Source: Leucoraja erinacea (lineage: Eukaryota). From it: a stretch of 64,000 nucleotides of DNA. Shown piece after piece: positions 1 through 13,218 of this stretch (its first letter is position 1; the number at the start of each line of letters is the position of its first letter). A program made the position numbers and the translations under genes. The stretch covers positions 56,296,001 through 56,360,000 of the forward strand of contig NC_073381.1 in assembly GCF_028641065.1 (NCBI RefSeq). Direction: 5' to 3'. The notes beneath the pieces were generated by a model that was not told where the DNA came from, did not search any database, and saw only the letters and a list, made by a program, of their open reading frames with translations.

Positions 1-697
1 GTATAAGTGCATGGTTACTTGAAGGTCGGGTCGCAGGTAGATAAGGTGGTCAAAAAAGATTTTGGCACTTTGATCTTCATCAGTCAGAGTATTGGGTATA
101 AAAGTTGGGTGTTCATGTTGCAGTTGTATAAGACGTTGGTGAGATCGCATTTAGTATATTGTGTTCAGTTCTGGGCACCATGTTATAGGAAAGGTATTGT
201 CAAGCTTGAAAGGGTTCAGGAAAAAATTACTAGGATGTTGCCAGGACTAGAGGGTGTGAGCTATAAGGAGGGGTTATGTAGGCTAGGTCTCTATTCCATG
301 GAGTGTAGGAGGATGAGAGGTGATCTTATAGAGGTATACAAAATCATGAGAGGAGTAGGTTGGGTAGATGCACAGTCTTTTACCCAGAGCAGGGGAATTG
401 AGGACCAGAGGACACAAGATCAAGGTGAAGGGGAAAAGATTTAATAGGAATCCGAGGGGTAACGTTTTTCACACAGAGGGTGGTGGGGGTATGGAACAAG
501 TTGCCAGAGGAGCTAGTTGAGGCTGAGACTATCCCATTGTTTAAGAGACAGTTGAACAGGTACACGGATAGGACTGGTTTGGAGGGTTATGGACCAAGCG
601 CAGGCAAGTGGGACTAGGGTAGCTGGGACATTGTTCGCCAGTGTTTGTGAGTTGGGCCGAAGGGCCTGTTTCCACACTGTAGCACTCGATGACTCTA
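1..697 (+). mobile_element. CR1-type LINE, 3' fragment (C-terminus of ORF2 plus 3' UTR)
   Basis: ORF 7..444 has CR1 C-terminal motifs (LQLYKTLVRSHLVYCVQFWAP, LERVQ...RMLPGL, RRMRGDLIEVYKIMRG), followed by a CR1-like tail (gggccgaagggcctgtttcc). Confidence 0.9.
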
Positions 698-885
698 TAA
701 CTTAGCAAGTCAGGCTGCATGTGTGGAAGGAAATAGACAGTCAACATTTTGGGCTGAGTCCCTTCGACCTGAAACGCCGACTGTCCGTCCGTTCCACCAA
801 TGCTGTCTGACCCACTGAGTTCCTCCATCACTTTATATATATTTTGCTTCTGTTGAATAATTTTCAATTAGCTCACATTTACCTT

Positions 886-1251
<366 letters not shown>

Positions 1252-1294
1252 TTATGTTACATTACTACCTAGAACTGAATAGTTCACCTTTGAG

Positions 1295-1720
1295 CTAAAG
1301 GGAGTTGGGCAGGCTAGGACTTTATTCCTTGGAACCAGGAAGCTGAAAGGGGTGATCTTATAGAGGTGTCTAAAATCATCAGGGGTATGAATAGGGTGAA
1401 TGCAGTTTTTTTCCCAAGAGTAAGGGAATTAGGGACTAGAGGGCTTAGGGGAAAGATCCAATAGGAACATGAGGAGCAACCTTTTCACACATACAGTAGT
1501 GTGTTGGGTGTATGGAACAAACTGCCAGAGGAAGTAGTTGAGGCAGGTATAATATCACCATTTAAAATACATTTGGTCAGGTACATACAAAGGAAAGGGT
1601 TAGAGGACAATGAGGCCAAATGTGGATAAATGAGACCAGCTTAGATGTGGCATCTTGGTTGGCATGGATGAGTTGGGCTGAACAGCCTGTTTCCATGCTG
1701 TATGATTCCATGACTATGAT
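1295..1720 (+). mobile_element. Degenerate CR1 3' fragment
   Basis: Similar to 260-697 (ggtgatcttatagaggt..., tatggaacaaactgccagagg...). Confidence 0.8.
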
Positions 1721-1839
1721 TCTAACTTCTGTGATCTGTTCTTCCCAATATGCTCAGATTGTGGGGCCTTTTATATGCCCTGTATTGGAATTGCAAAGGG
1801 AATGTCCACATGAGTACAGAAAATAATCTGTGCTAAATA

Positions 1840-2280
1840 TAGACACAAAACGCTGAAGTTACTCAGTGGGTCAGGCAGCATCTCTGGAGAACATGGATAG
1901 GTGACGTTTCAGGTCGGGACCCTTCTTCAGACAGTTTATTCTTCACTTACCAATGTTCAGTTACCATTTAGAACGGAGATGAGGAAACACTTTTTCATAC
2001 AGAGAGTTGTGAGTCTGTGGAATTCTCTGCCTCATAGGGCGGTGGAGGCCGGTTCTCTGGATACTTTCAAGAGAGAGCTAGATAGGGCTCTCAAAGATAG
2101 CAGAGTCAGGGGATATCGGGAGAAGGCAGGAACGGGGTACTAATTGTGGATGATCAGACATGATCACATTGAATGGAGGTGCTGGCTCGAAGGGCCGAAT
2201 GGCCTACTCCTGCACCTATTGTCTATTGTTCTCCAGAGATGCTGCCTGACCCACCAAGTTACTCCAGCACTGTGAGTCCT
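1840..2280. mobile_element. Penelope-derived fold-back unit with a hammerhead core, interrupted by a CR1 3' tail (about 1960-2228, +)
   Basis: The minus strand of 1903-1930 reads CTGAAGAAGGGTCCCGACCTGAAACGTC. The right arm (ctccagagatgctgcctgaccc...) resumes at about 2229. The insert encodes FRTEMRKHFFIQRVVSLWNSLP. Confidence 0.75.
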
Positions 2281-2590
2281 AATATAAACATGACACTGAT
2301 TAAAATGTCACAGAGGCTTGTTATATAGATTTTGTCTGAATTTAACCATATTCACACATCAAAAATGCTCTAGAATCAATTTCCCAGAGGCAATTGTTTC
2401 TGTGCAGATTGGCTTAATAGAGGCTGTCTGAGAACACCTTGACAGATAAATCACTAACTACTTTAGATATGCAGTCTAACAAAAATTATATACCCTTTCA
2501 ATGTGGGTCTGTCAGATCACTACTAACATTAAATATTTCACTAACAGCTAGACTCTAGTAGATAGTACTAGAGTGAAGTACTTCGACGAG

Positions 2591-2637
2591 AAAGGGAAGG
2601 AGGGGGGGGGGGGGGGGGGGGGGAGGGTGGGGGGAGG
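2591..2637 (+). repeat. Poly-G / G-rich tract with G-quadruplex potential
   Basis: A run of more than 20 G flanked by gggtggggg. Confidence 0.8.
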
Positions 2638-4424
2638 CTGTTAGAGGATACTTGACTTGAATATGAGTACGTTGAGCTTCGATGCTGGTAATGTTGGTCT
2701 GACAGAGGACACCAAATATGGTGAACCTACAAAATACAACCAAATTATTTGACAATTTTGATTCAACGATTTTGAGGAGGCAATGAAAGAGATACTTTCT
2801 TCAGTGTCCAGTATCTCATATAAAATAAAAATCTCTTTATCATTTTTATGATGTTGCATAGGACAGTATGGTGACAAAGGAAACAGCAACCAATATAATG
2901 CGGAGAAGGGCGTGTGGGAGGGTGGGGGAAATTGCAGAAGCACAGCAAGATAAATGGATGTTTACTGGTTAGCAGCTCTTATTCAGCCCTCAAAGTTGGT
3001 TCTCAAAATGATTAAAGGTGTTTAGATACATCCTGATAAGGGTCCAGTCCAAGATAGTATTTGACAGTTATCCTGGAATTGCTCAGTAATGGATCACTCC
3101 AAAGATGCTTCAAAATAAAAATTGAATGCCTTGCACCCTGAACTCAGAAGTTGTGTCGGCATTTACGGATGCTTCATATCATGACTGTCATATTTCTATA
3201 CTGCTGTAAAGTGACATACAAGCTATTTTCAGCTACATAACACTGGCGAAAATAAACAACATTATGTAATTGAAATTCCAGATATCGTTCTTTTAAAATG
3301 CGTTCCATTTTACAAATTAATTTTCTGCTGCAGAGAATTCAAATAATATCAATATGTTAGCGTGAAGAGGCTGTCAGTTACATAGTTTAAGCCTACAGGA
3401 AGTCAAAAATAGGCAGTTAAATTTTGAACATGTTGAACATGGTAAAAGATTCAAAGATATTTCCAATTAAATAAATGGTTAAAGAAATCACACTTTTCCC
3501 ATCCTCTACACTAAAATTACTCAAACAGGACATTCAATATCATGCACCTTCTGTTACCCCAGTATTTTAGCCGAAAAGTTAATTAAGACTTACTTTCCTG
3601 TTCATTCCAAACACTTGTTTAAGAGAAAATGTATGTAAATTATTTTGACTTTCTAGGAACTATTTACTTAATGTAAGAAATTTCCTCTTTCAGGTTTTTA
3701 ATTTCCTTCATTCATACCTGAAAGCTATGTACTCCTGAAAAACACAATACTGAGGGATTGAGCCCAGATGAAAGGCTTCAAACAATGTCCATTGTAAGGT
3801 CATGGCACTGCTCCATTTCCTTGAAGCAGAATAGTTAACAATCTAATTGATGTTTCACCTTTGCCTTTTAATGAGGGAGAAATTCTCCTTAATTTGCACC
3901 TTATTTTGAAATTAGATATTAAATAAAGATTCACGTTCACAATTTACTAATTGTAGTCTTTGCTTCTGAGCTATTGAGTTGATCAGAACTATATTAATTT
4001 AAAATAACTAATAGTTTAAATTTGACACAAAAAATACTCTTGTTTCAATGGAAGGTAAACTGAGCAGGATCTGAAACTGACATTGGTATGTGGAATCACA
4101 CCAGAACATAGTTTCTGATGCAGACAGTGTGCCAACATTTATATTGTCTACTAATTAACATGATAAGTGTGCAGCCAGCACTAATCATGGTCACCACAGC
4201 AGACGCCCAAAAATGTAAGGGGCTGGAACTACTTAACATTAGACAGTCCTGTTAAAATCCAGTTCGTGCCTCGAAAGAGCAGGTGCTCCACGGCTGGAGC
4301 AGGAGGCAGATTTCAGGGCCAATCTCATCAAAATGCAGGCATCTGATCCTTGCTGAGATTAATGGAGATTGCTCCCTAACTGCCATAGGCACATAAACCA
4401 TCACCACTCAGCCGAGAGCCCTGC

Positions 4425-4770
4425 ATCTCTCTACCCTCTCCCTTGTCCTTCTCTTACCTCTACCGTTCTCCTTCTGCTCCCTATCCTTCACCCCATCTTC
4501 TCTTCCCCTCCCCTTCTCCTCAACTCTCCCCATCTCCTCAACCCTTCTTTTAAATGTCCCCCTGTTTTATCTCTCCCACATCTCTTCCTCTTTACCCTCC
4601 CCTTTCTTTCACCTGTACTTACTCCCACCTCAATTTTCTCTTCCCCTTTCCCTTTCTCCTCCCCTATCCCCCCCCCCATCCTTTTACTCATCACTTATCT
4701 CCTCTCCTTTCAGTTATCCACTCTTCTTTCCTTTCCCTCTTGCGATTTGCCTTTCCAATTCCTCTCTGCC
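4425..4770 (+). repeat. Polypyrimidine (CT-rich) low-complexity tract
   Basis: Composition is almost entirely C/T, which produces the Pro/Ser/Leu-rich spurious ORFs. Confidence 0.85.
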
Positions 4771-4939
4771 TTCCAGCTGCTTACTCATTCTCCTGCTGGG
4801 CTGTACTCTTGGGGCAAACAACTTGGACGTGTAGAAGCCTTGAACTCAGTAATAGGTACTTTAATACCTTTCCTTGTAGACTATTTTAAAACTTCAGAAA
4901 ACTCTAAGAAGTGCCAAACTCTTAAGGAATTACAGAAAC

Positions 4940-5066
4940 GGAATGGGTAATGTTTCAGGTCCAGAGCCTTCTTCAAAAGAAGGGTCTCGATCCAAAACGA
5001 CACTCATTCCTTCTCTCCTGAGATGCTGCCCGTCCCGCTGAGTGATTCCAGCATTTTGTGTCTACT
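4940..5066. mobile_element. Penelope-derived fold-back remnant with degenerate hammerhead cores
   Basis: gtttcaggtccagagccttcttca / aagaagggtctcgatccaaaacgac, followed by the shared ctcctgagatgctgcccgtcccgctgag arm. Confidence 0.7.
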
Positions 5067-5195
5067 TTCCTGGGGGTTACTAAATTCAATTTTTGAGATG
5101 CGCATATCATTATCTAGGCCTGCATTTATCGCCTATCCTATGTTGCCCAGGTGGTGGTAAGTCACCTTCTTGAACTACTGGAGATCTGGTGAAAG

Positions 5196-7152
5196 TTTAG
5201 TTTAGTTTTGAGACACGGCGCGGAAGCAGGCGATTCAGCCCACCGAGACCGCACCTACCAGCGATACCGCACATTAACACTATCCTACACACACTCTAGG
5301 GACACTGATGTGCCTTCTCGAGCCCCCATTCGCTGCGATGGTATTTCAGTCATAGTCACAGAGGCCGACGTCAGGAAATCCTTCAGAGGGGTGAACCATC
5401 GAAAAGCGCCTGGAGCTGATGGTATACCCGGTCGTGTTCTAAAAATCTGTGCGGCCAAGTGGCTGGAGTTTTTACGGACATTTTCAACCTCTCACTTCTG
5501 AGGTCTGAGGTTCCCACCTGCTTTAAAAGGGCATCAATTATACCAGTGCCCAAGAAGAGTAAGGTGACGTGCCTCAATGACTATCGACCAGTGGCACTAA
5601 CGCCTGTGGTGATGAAGTGCTTTGAGAGGTTGATCATAGCGCAAATCAACTCCTACCTCAACAAAAACCTGGACCCACTGCAGTTCGCTTACCGTCACAA
5701 CAGATCAACGGTGGATGCGATCTCTCTGGCTCTCCACTCCGCTCTGGACCACTTGGACAACAAAAACTCATATGTCAGGCTGTTATTCATTGATTACAGC
5801 TCGGCATTTAATACAATCATCCCCTCCAAGCTGGTTACCAAACTCGCAGACGTGGGTCTCTGCGCATCCCTCTGCAATTGGATCCTTGCCTTCCTGATTT
5901 ACAGACCACAGTCTGTTCATATTGGTGGAAATGTGTCAGCCTCGATAATAATCAGCACGGGAGCACCTCAAGGCTGCGTGCTCAGCCCCCTGCTGTACTC
6001 ACTCTATACTCATGACTGTGTAGCCGGTCATAGGGCGAACTCCATCATCAAGTTCACTGACAACACCACTGTTGTGGGACGTATCACTGATGGGGATGAG
6101 TCAGAGTATAGAACAGAGATCGAGCGACTGTCCATATGGTGCCAGCACAATAACCTGGCTCTCAAGGCCAGCAAAACCAAGGAACTGATTGTGGACTTTG
6201 GAAGGAGTAGGATGGAGACCCACAGTCCTGTTTATATCAATCGGTCGATGGTTGAAAGGGTCAAGAGCTTCAAATTCCTGGGTGTGCACATCTCTGAAGA
6301 TCTTTCCTGATCCGAGAACACTGATGCAATTATTAAGGAAGCACATCAGCGCCTCTACTTCCTGAGAATATTACGGAGAGTCGGTTTGTCAAGGAGGACT
6401 CTCCCTAACTTCTACAGGTGCACAGTAGAGTGCATGTTGACCGGTTGCATCGTGGCTTGGTTCGGCAACTTGAGCGCCCTGGAGCAGAAAAGACTACAAA
6501 AAGTAGTAAACACTGCCCAGTCCATCATCGGCTCTGACCTTCCTTCCATCGAGGGGATCTATCGCAGTCGTAGCCTCAAAAAGGCTGGCAGTATCATCAA
6601 GGACCCACACCATCCTGGCCACACACTCATCTCCCCGCTGCCTTCAGGCAGAAGGTACAGGAGCCTGAAGACTGCAACAACAAGGTTCAGAAATAGCTAC
6701 TTCCCCACAGCCATCAGGCTATTAAACTTGGCTCGGACAAAACTCTGAACATCAACAGCCCATTATCTGTTTACTTGCACTTTATCAGTTTATTTAGTCA
6801 TGAGTGTATATATTTATATAATGGTATATGGACACACTCATCTGTTCTGTAATCATGCCTACTATGTTCTGTTGTGCTGAAGCAAAGCAATAATTTCATT
6901 GTCCTATCATAGACACATGACAATAAACTCTCTTGAATCTTGACAATTCTTTTACATTTATACCAGGCCAATTAACCAACAAACCTGTATGTCTTTGGAG
7001 TGTGAGAAGAAACCGAAGATCTCAGAGAAAACCCACACTGGTCACAGGGAGAACGTACAAACTCCGGACAAACAAGCACGCGTAGTCAGGATCAAATCCG
7101 GGTTTCTGGCCTCGTAACGCAGTAGCTTTACCGCTATGCTACCTTGCTGCCC
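5196..7152 (-). mobile_element. HE1/V-SINE-like tRNA-derived SINE, split by a LINE insertion
   Basis: The tail half (5196-5304) and head/core half (6943-7152) match the reverse complement of the SINE at 51649-51903 (tRNA-like head, central core, CR1-like tail). Confidence 0.8.
5305..6942 (+). mobile_element. Rex1/Babar-type LINE, 5'-truncated (RT domain plus C-terminus, one premature stop)
   Basis: ORFs 5459..6310 ([57 protein letters not shown]) and 6386..6748 (FYRCTVECMLTGCIVAWFGN, LPSGRRYRS). The tail is gacaataaactctcttgaatcttga. Confidence 0.9.
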
Positions 7153-7884
7153 CAAGTACCATCACAATGTTAGGAGGAAACCTGCAGGTGATGGTGTTCC
7201 CGTTCTGCTGCCCTGGTTGGAGAGCATGGGGGTTTGAGAGGTGCTGTATGAGTAGCCTAGACAATATACTACAGGGCATGTTGTATGCTAATATATTGCA
7301 TTATCAAACATTCAGCCCATGAGGAAAGATATGCTCAGTCATGACGTGTTTAAGATGGAACTGCAGATGCTGGAAAATCGAAGGTACACAAAAATGCTGG
7401 AGAAACTCAGCGGTTGCAGCAGCATCTATGAAGCTCAATCATGACCTTTGTTGTGTGTGTGACGTTACTGAGTGTAGATTGTTTGTTGTGTTTACCTATG
7501 TACATAATGATCCATTTATTGTAATATGATGAGCTGTTATTCAATTTCAGGCTACTTAACTGAAATAGTGAATCTTTTTGTTTCCTGCGAAAGCATTATA
7601 TAATTTTTAGTGCAAAATCAGAAGCCAGGCAAGAAAACATGCACCTTTGTCTACACCCCCTGATCATTATAATTGGTTTGCTTGGAAGCATTGTTCATGG
7701 TGTTAATTGTGTACCATGTTCACCAATACGTCCACTTATGCCGATTTGAACAGCTGAAGCAAATATATTGACAGACTAATGCTGTCTTTGCCTCACCTTT
7801 TTACCAATGTGTGAGCATCCTCCTTGGAAGAAGGAAGGCAAATCTTTACTGAGATTGAAATAGCAGGAGGCCAATAAAATTTTT

Positions 7885-9325
7885 GAAACAGGTCCACCCT
7901 CCAAGCAGAGGTTCACTTGCACCTCCTCCAACGTCATCTATTGTATCCGTTGTTCCAGGAGTGGACTCCTATATATCAGTGAGACCAAGCGAAGGCTTGA
8001 CGATCGTTTCACTGAGCACCTCTGCTCAGTCCGCCCAGTCCTACCCGATCTCCCGGTTGCTAAACGCTTTAACTCCGCCATTTCCTTATCAACCATTCTA
8101 TCCCTGGCCTCCTCCACTCTCAGAGTTAGGCCCAAACCAAATTGGAGGAACAGCACCACATATTTTGCTTGAGCAGCTAATAACCCAGCAGTATGAATAT
8201 TGATTTCCAATTAAGGTACAGTGAAATGAATTACCATGCAGCCATACAATTAAAAATCACACAATACACAATAGAATTTAACATAAACATCCACCACATC
8301 ATTCTTCACTGTGACGGAAGGCAATAAAGTTCAGTCAGTCTTCCTCCCTTGTTCACCCATGGTCGGGGGCCTTGACCCTCCGAAGTCACTGCTACGGATG
8401 GCCCGATGTGCAAGCCCTCTCGTCAGGATGATCGAAGCTCCGATGTAGAGACGCACTCCGCGGATCGGAGTTCCCGAAACGGCCACTTCCTTACCGGAGA
8501 CTGCGGCTTCAGGTTGTTATAGGCCGCAGGCTGGCGGTTGGAGCTCTTCAGTGATCTCCAGCTAAGGATCGGCCCGCTCCGCGATGGCAAAGTCCGCTCC
8601 TCGCCCGCTGCTAGAAGCTCCGCAGACCGAGGCTTCAGGATGTTATAGGCAGCAGGCCAGCGTTCGGAGCTCTTCTCTGACGATTCCCGGCAAGGAACCG
8701 CCCCGCTCCGCAATGGAAAGTCCACGCTGTGCCCGCTGCTGATGCTCCGGGAAAGGCCGCACCAATCCAAGCTGTTAGGCCGCGAGGGAGGCAAAGAAGC
8801 GACAAGGAAAAAAGTTGCATCTCCGTCGAGGCAGGTGACTGAAAACGGGTTCCCCCTATTCCCCCCCCACCCTCCACATAAGACATACTGAGAGACACTA
8901 AAACATACATTTGGACATAATAGAAAATCAAAATAAGTCGAAATGACGAACCCACTGCGGGCGAGGCAGCTGATGCACATAACTTCATAACCCTTGTTTT
9001 CCCTCTCTCTCCATCCATCCCCCACCATAGTTCTCTGACAGGTTGCACTGTCCTTCTGATTAATTTACTGATTGTAGGCCTCCCTGTCACCTTTCCCTCA
9101 GCTAACAATGAACCATTCTACATTTCCTTATCATCATCTGCTTTGATCTGTCATTTTCACATCCTACCCTTTCCTCTCCCGACTCTCAGTCTGAAGAAGG
9201 TTTTCGACCCAAAACTTAACGTATTCCTTTTTTTTCCAGAGAGGTGGTTGGCTGACCTGCTGAGTTACTTCTTTTTGTGTCTATCCTCGTTTTAAACCAG
9301 CATCTGCAGTTCTTTCCTACACATC
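7885..9325 (+). mobile_element. Penelope-like element 3' fragment (GIY-YIG region plus hammerhead-bearing end), interrupted
   Basis: Encodes FTCTSSNVIYCIRCSRSGLLYISETKR. It resumes after about 8980 and ends with cagtctgaagaaggttttcgacccaaaac and the shared arm. Confidence 0.8.
8208..8979 (-). mobile_element. Non-coding, GC-rich non-autonomous retroposon (copy A) with an internal duplication of about 126 bp
   Basis: Shares the aaacatcc...cactgtga..ggaaggc..aaagt core with copies at 20.8, 22.5 and 31.5 kb. Direct repeats lie at about 8503-8629 and 8629-8750. Confidence 0.7.
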
Positions 9326-9964
9326 CACTCTCCATGACATATGTGGTCACTTTGTTGCTAAACTGGACAGGTCTGCAGTAGTCCAGGCACTGACCTTGAA
9401 CAAATTCCAGGTTCCCAGAACAATGGAAGTAAATCAATCACTCTAGCCATTCTTTTCTTCTCGGCTCCAAATAACCTGGAACGGTAAATGCTGATTAAGC
9501 CTTCATCAGCTAGGCAGTGATTGAGAGGCCTCCCATAGATCTCCAATTAAAATATAAAATGCTGGCAACATCAGTGGTTCAGGCAAATCTGCGGAAAGAA
9601 ACTTTTTAATTCGAAGACCCTTGGTCAGTTTCCAATGAAGTTCCTTATGCTGCTGGTTACATTACTTTTGTTCATAGTTGCAGCTGGTGATAAAATTGAC
9701 AATTTTATTAGATGTAAAAAATAACTGCAGATGCTGGTTTAAACCAAAGATAGACACAAAACGCTGGAGTACCTCAGCGGGACAGACAGCATCTCTGGAG
9801 AGAAGAAATGGGTGATGTTTTGGGTCGAGACCCTTCCATTGATGGGAAGTAACATGACTTTCATGGATTATGTCTAGTTTGCATCAAATTTACATGCAAA
9901 AAACGTAATTATTTAAATTACCACCATTGCAATGTATTTGCTTGGCATGGGTTTGTCATTGTGT

Positions 9965-10292
9965 TTAATTTAGTTTAGAGATACAGCATGGACAAAGGCT
10001 CCCCAAGTCCACGTCTTGCATCGATCATTCATTCACGCTAGTTCTATGTTATCCCACTTTCTCATCCACTCTCCACATACCAGAGGTAATTTACAGAGGC
10101 CCATTAACCTACAAATCCGCATGCCTTAGATATGTGGGAGAAAAACCGGAGCACTCCGAGGGAACCCACGCTGTCACAGAGAGATCATGCAAAATACACA
10201 CAGGCGTGAGCACCCGAGGTCAGGATCAAAACCAGGTCTCTGGAGCTGTGAGGCAGCAGCTCTACCAGTTGTGCTACAGTATCACCGCTGTC
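9965..10292 (-). mobile_element. HE1/V-SINE-like SINE
   Basis: Has the tttagtttagagatacagc tail, the aaaccggagcac...acccacgctgtcacag core and the gctgtgaggcagcagctctacc head. Confidence 0.8.
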
Positions 10293-12635
10293 CTGCTAAC
10301 ATGCTGTTTTATTCCTGTTAGCACTGCTGCAGTTATATGATACGATCAAAATTGACACTGATTATCAGATAAGATTTTATTCATTTACTTTCAGATTAGG
10401 TTTTATTCATTTATCTCCTTGGAGAATATTTTAGAATATTTTCCAGTTCATAAGTTGCTATTTAATTTTGACTTTTTACTAATTTTCTTGCTATTATTTA
10501 TTTTAAATGAAATGGGTCATTCAATGAAATCACAACAATACTAGACATTGTTGCATACAGGGCAATGAGGGAAGCAGTGAGTGGAAGACTAAGACAGGCT
10601 TACAGGAGACGTGCAAATAATCGCTGACACTTCTTATTTGGTCGAATTTAATTCATGCAGATAATTTAATCAATGTAGAAATAACCTAACTGATTTTAGT
10701 TTCAAATGTGAGCAAAGATGGAATTTATTAGAAGTGTTTTCCTACAGCTGAATTCTCCACCCCTGCAAGCTTTCAACAGTATTTTAAAATTGATGATTAT
10801 TTCAGCCATTCCTATATCTTTTGCTGATTCCAGTAAAATGAGAGGCTTTTGTGGACAAATGACAGTGAGTTATGAGCTTTCACGTCTATGTAGGGGGAGA
10901 CTTTCAAAACAACAATTCAGCACCATCAATGCTGTCGCACAACTTCAGCTGGCTAGGTTGTAAAATGTTACTATTCCTGGAGGGCCTTAGAGTAACAAAG
11001 AGGTTTATTTTAATCAACTGAACGTCCCAGACCAGCCGTCATACTCCTGATTATTGGAGATAAGTAGGGTGGGGAGAGGCATGTTACAAAGCTAATCATA
11101 TTGAGAGGCAGAAAGAAAGGGACTAAAATATGCACCAACACTTTATCCAAAATATTTTAACCACATTCTCCTGTGTAACCAAGCTTCTCGTCACCTTGCG
11201 AAACTTTCCTGAAACTAATGCTATTTAACGGAAATCTATTTTGAGTCATCTTGTCAATTTGCCAGTCTTGTACGTTTTGTGCAGCCATATTAGTTTGGAA
11301 ATGTCTTGCCCAGTGTCTGGAACCTTTTAATGAACTTCTATTGGCAATACTCCATGAACGTCGCAAAACTTGTTATTATAAAACAATAAAATTAAAATGG
11401 ATTAAAGGAGAAAATAAACAAATCAATGCACTGAATTCTTAAAGAAACGGCTCATTATTTTTCAACAGGGAAATATAAAATATTATAGCTCTAGGATTAT
11501 TTATTTAGATCTTTCTCTTGACGTACCCTTATCTTTCTCTTACCCTTCTTGTACCCTTCTCTTATCTTTGAAATAAGGATTTAGATCAATTCAGGTTCAG
11601 AGGTCTCCCAGCCACGTGAAATTCCAGAACTTGTTAGTTGATCTTTGCAGCAATTTACCATCTGTGATCTGATTCTGGACTCCTCGTGCATTTCAGTGTT
11701 GGAATAGTAACTTGCAGTGGTTCTCCTGTAAGTTGCGGGAATGTGTGCTGAACTAGCATCAGGCTGGATTTGCGGCAGATAAAATTACTCTATTCATATC
11801 TTCGGAAGATAATGGTTGAGGCAAATTGGTAAAGATGAGCTAATTTTTTTTTCAACTTAGCTGAGTTAACAGTTTCTGGTTGTCTAAGAGAAATGTATGG
11901 AACAGATATAAGTGAATTAATGTTCCACAGAAGATTTGAGCCCTGAAATTGCACTTGCAATACAAGTGAATAAATTCTTTAGGCAATTGCCTGAAAATCC
12001 TTGCTGCTATTTTAGTTTAATTGGGGATATACGTTAAATGGGGATATACATTAAAGCAACAGGGATTAATCAGCTATTAATCGGATAATTTGAAGATTCA
12101 TCCTTTACCACCCAATGTCTGAATATAAAGGAATGTTCAATTTAGATTTGGCTGCCACCTCACAAACATGCACAACACGCAAAAAAACTCAGACAGGAAA
12201 ATCAACTGACCCATTATGTCTGTCACACTTCAGCTGCATTGTTAAACCTTCAATATTCCACATTACTGGGAAAGAGGTTATAAGAAACCCAAACTAATTC
12301 AAGGGAATAATAAATTCATGAAATTGCTTACCAATCTGAAAAATGATCCAGAGGATTATATCACATCTTGTAAATCATTCAAGTTCTACCTAATGTTCGT
12401 GTGCAGTGATGTTAGCCTCCTCTGGAACGACATCCAGGTCCTAAACTAATCAAATCTATACCTGCAACACCAGCCAACAACTTATTTCAAAGATTTTCTC
12501 CAAGAAAATTCTCCAGGCATCTAACCAAGTATCATGCTTGCTGTTTATGTTGTTCACATAGATTACCTCTTGTTCTTCTAACTGACATTACAAGACAACT
12601 AAGTTTGTCTTTAAACTACACATTAATCTGGTGGT

Positions 12636-12768
12636 CAGTCTGAAGAAGGGTCTCAACCTGAAACGTCACCCATTCCTTCTCTGCAATGATGCTGCCTGTC
12701 CCGCCGAGTTACTCCAACATTTTGCGTCTATCTTTGGTGTAAACCAGCATCTGCAGTTCCTGCCTACA
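12636..12768 (+). mobile_element. Penelope-derived terminal repeat with an intact minimal hammerhead ribozyme core (12640-12667)
   Basis: CTGAAGA-AGGGTCTCAACCT-GAAAC-GTC corresponds to CUGANGA, stem II, GAAA and a GUC cleavage triplet. Confidence 0.75.
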
Positions 12769-12905
12769 AATATAGTGGCCTGTCTGAGTTTACTACTTTA
12801 TTTGAACTTAATCCAGTTTTGTACAATAATACCATGATTTCCTTGCTTTATATTTCATTGTCCTAACTATTATATAAACTCTAAAATACCAATTGCTTTC
12901 ACTAT

Positions 12906-13140
12906 GTGTATAAAGGAACTGCAGATGCTGATTTAAACCGAAGATACACACAAAACGCTGGAGTAACTCAGAGGGTCAGGCAGCATCTCTGGAGAGAAGG
13001 AATGGGTGAGATTTTGGGTCAGACTCTTCTTCAGTCTAGTGGTCAATCTGAAGAAGGGTTTCAACCTGAAAATTCACCCATTCCTTCTCTCCAGAGATGC
13101 TGCCTGTCCCGCTGAGTTACTCCAGCTTTTTGTGTCTATC
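12906..13140. mobile_element. Penelope-derived fold-back unit (two inverted terminal-repeat arms)
   Basis: The left arm (acacaaaacgctggagtaactcagagggtcaggcagcatctctggagagaaggaatgggtga) is the reverse complement of the right arm (tcacccattccttctctccagagatgctgcctgtcccgctgagttactccagctttttgtgt). Confidence 0.8.
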
Positions 13141-13218
13141 TTTAATTGCTTTCATTATGCACAGATAAGAGATCCATCACATCCAACATACTAATCCCCA
13201 GATCTCCTTCTCTCTCCC

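Noticed and set aside
4369-4950. 193-aa Pro/Ser/Leu-rich ORF
   Set aside because: It is the translation of a polypyrimidine tract and has no domain signal.
8423-9108. 201-aa and 157-aa minus-strand ORFs
   Set aside because: They span the junction of two different repeats and a GC-rich duplication, and they are not conserved in copies B-D.
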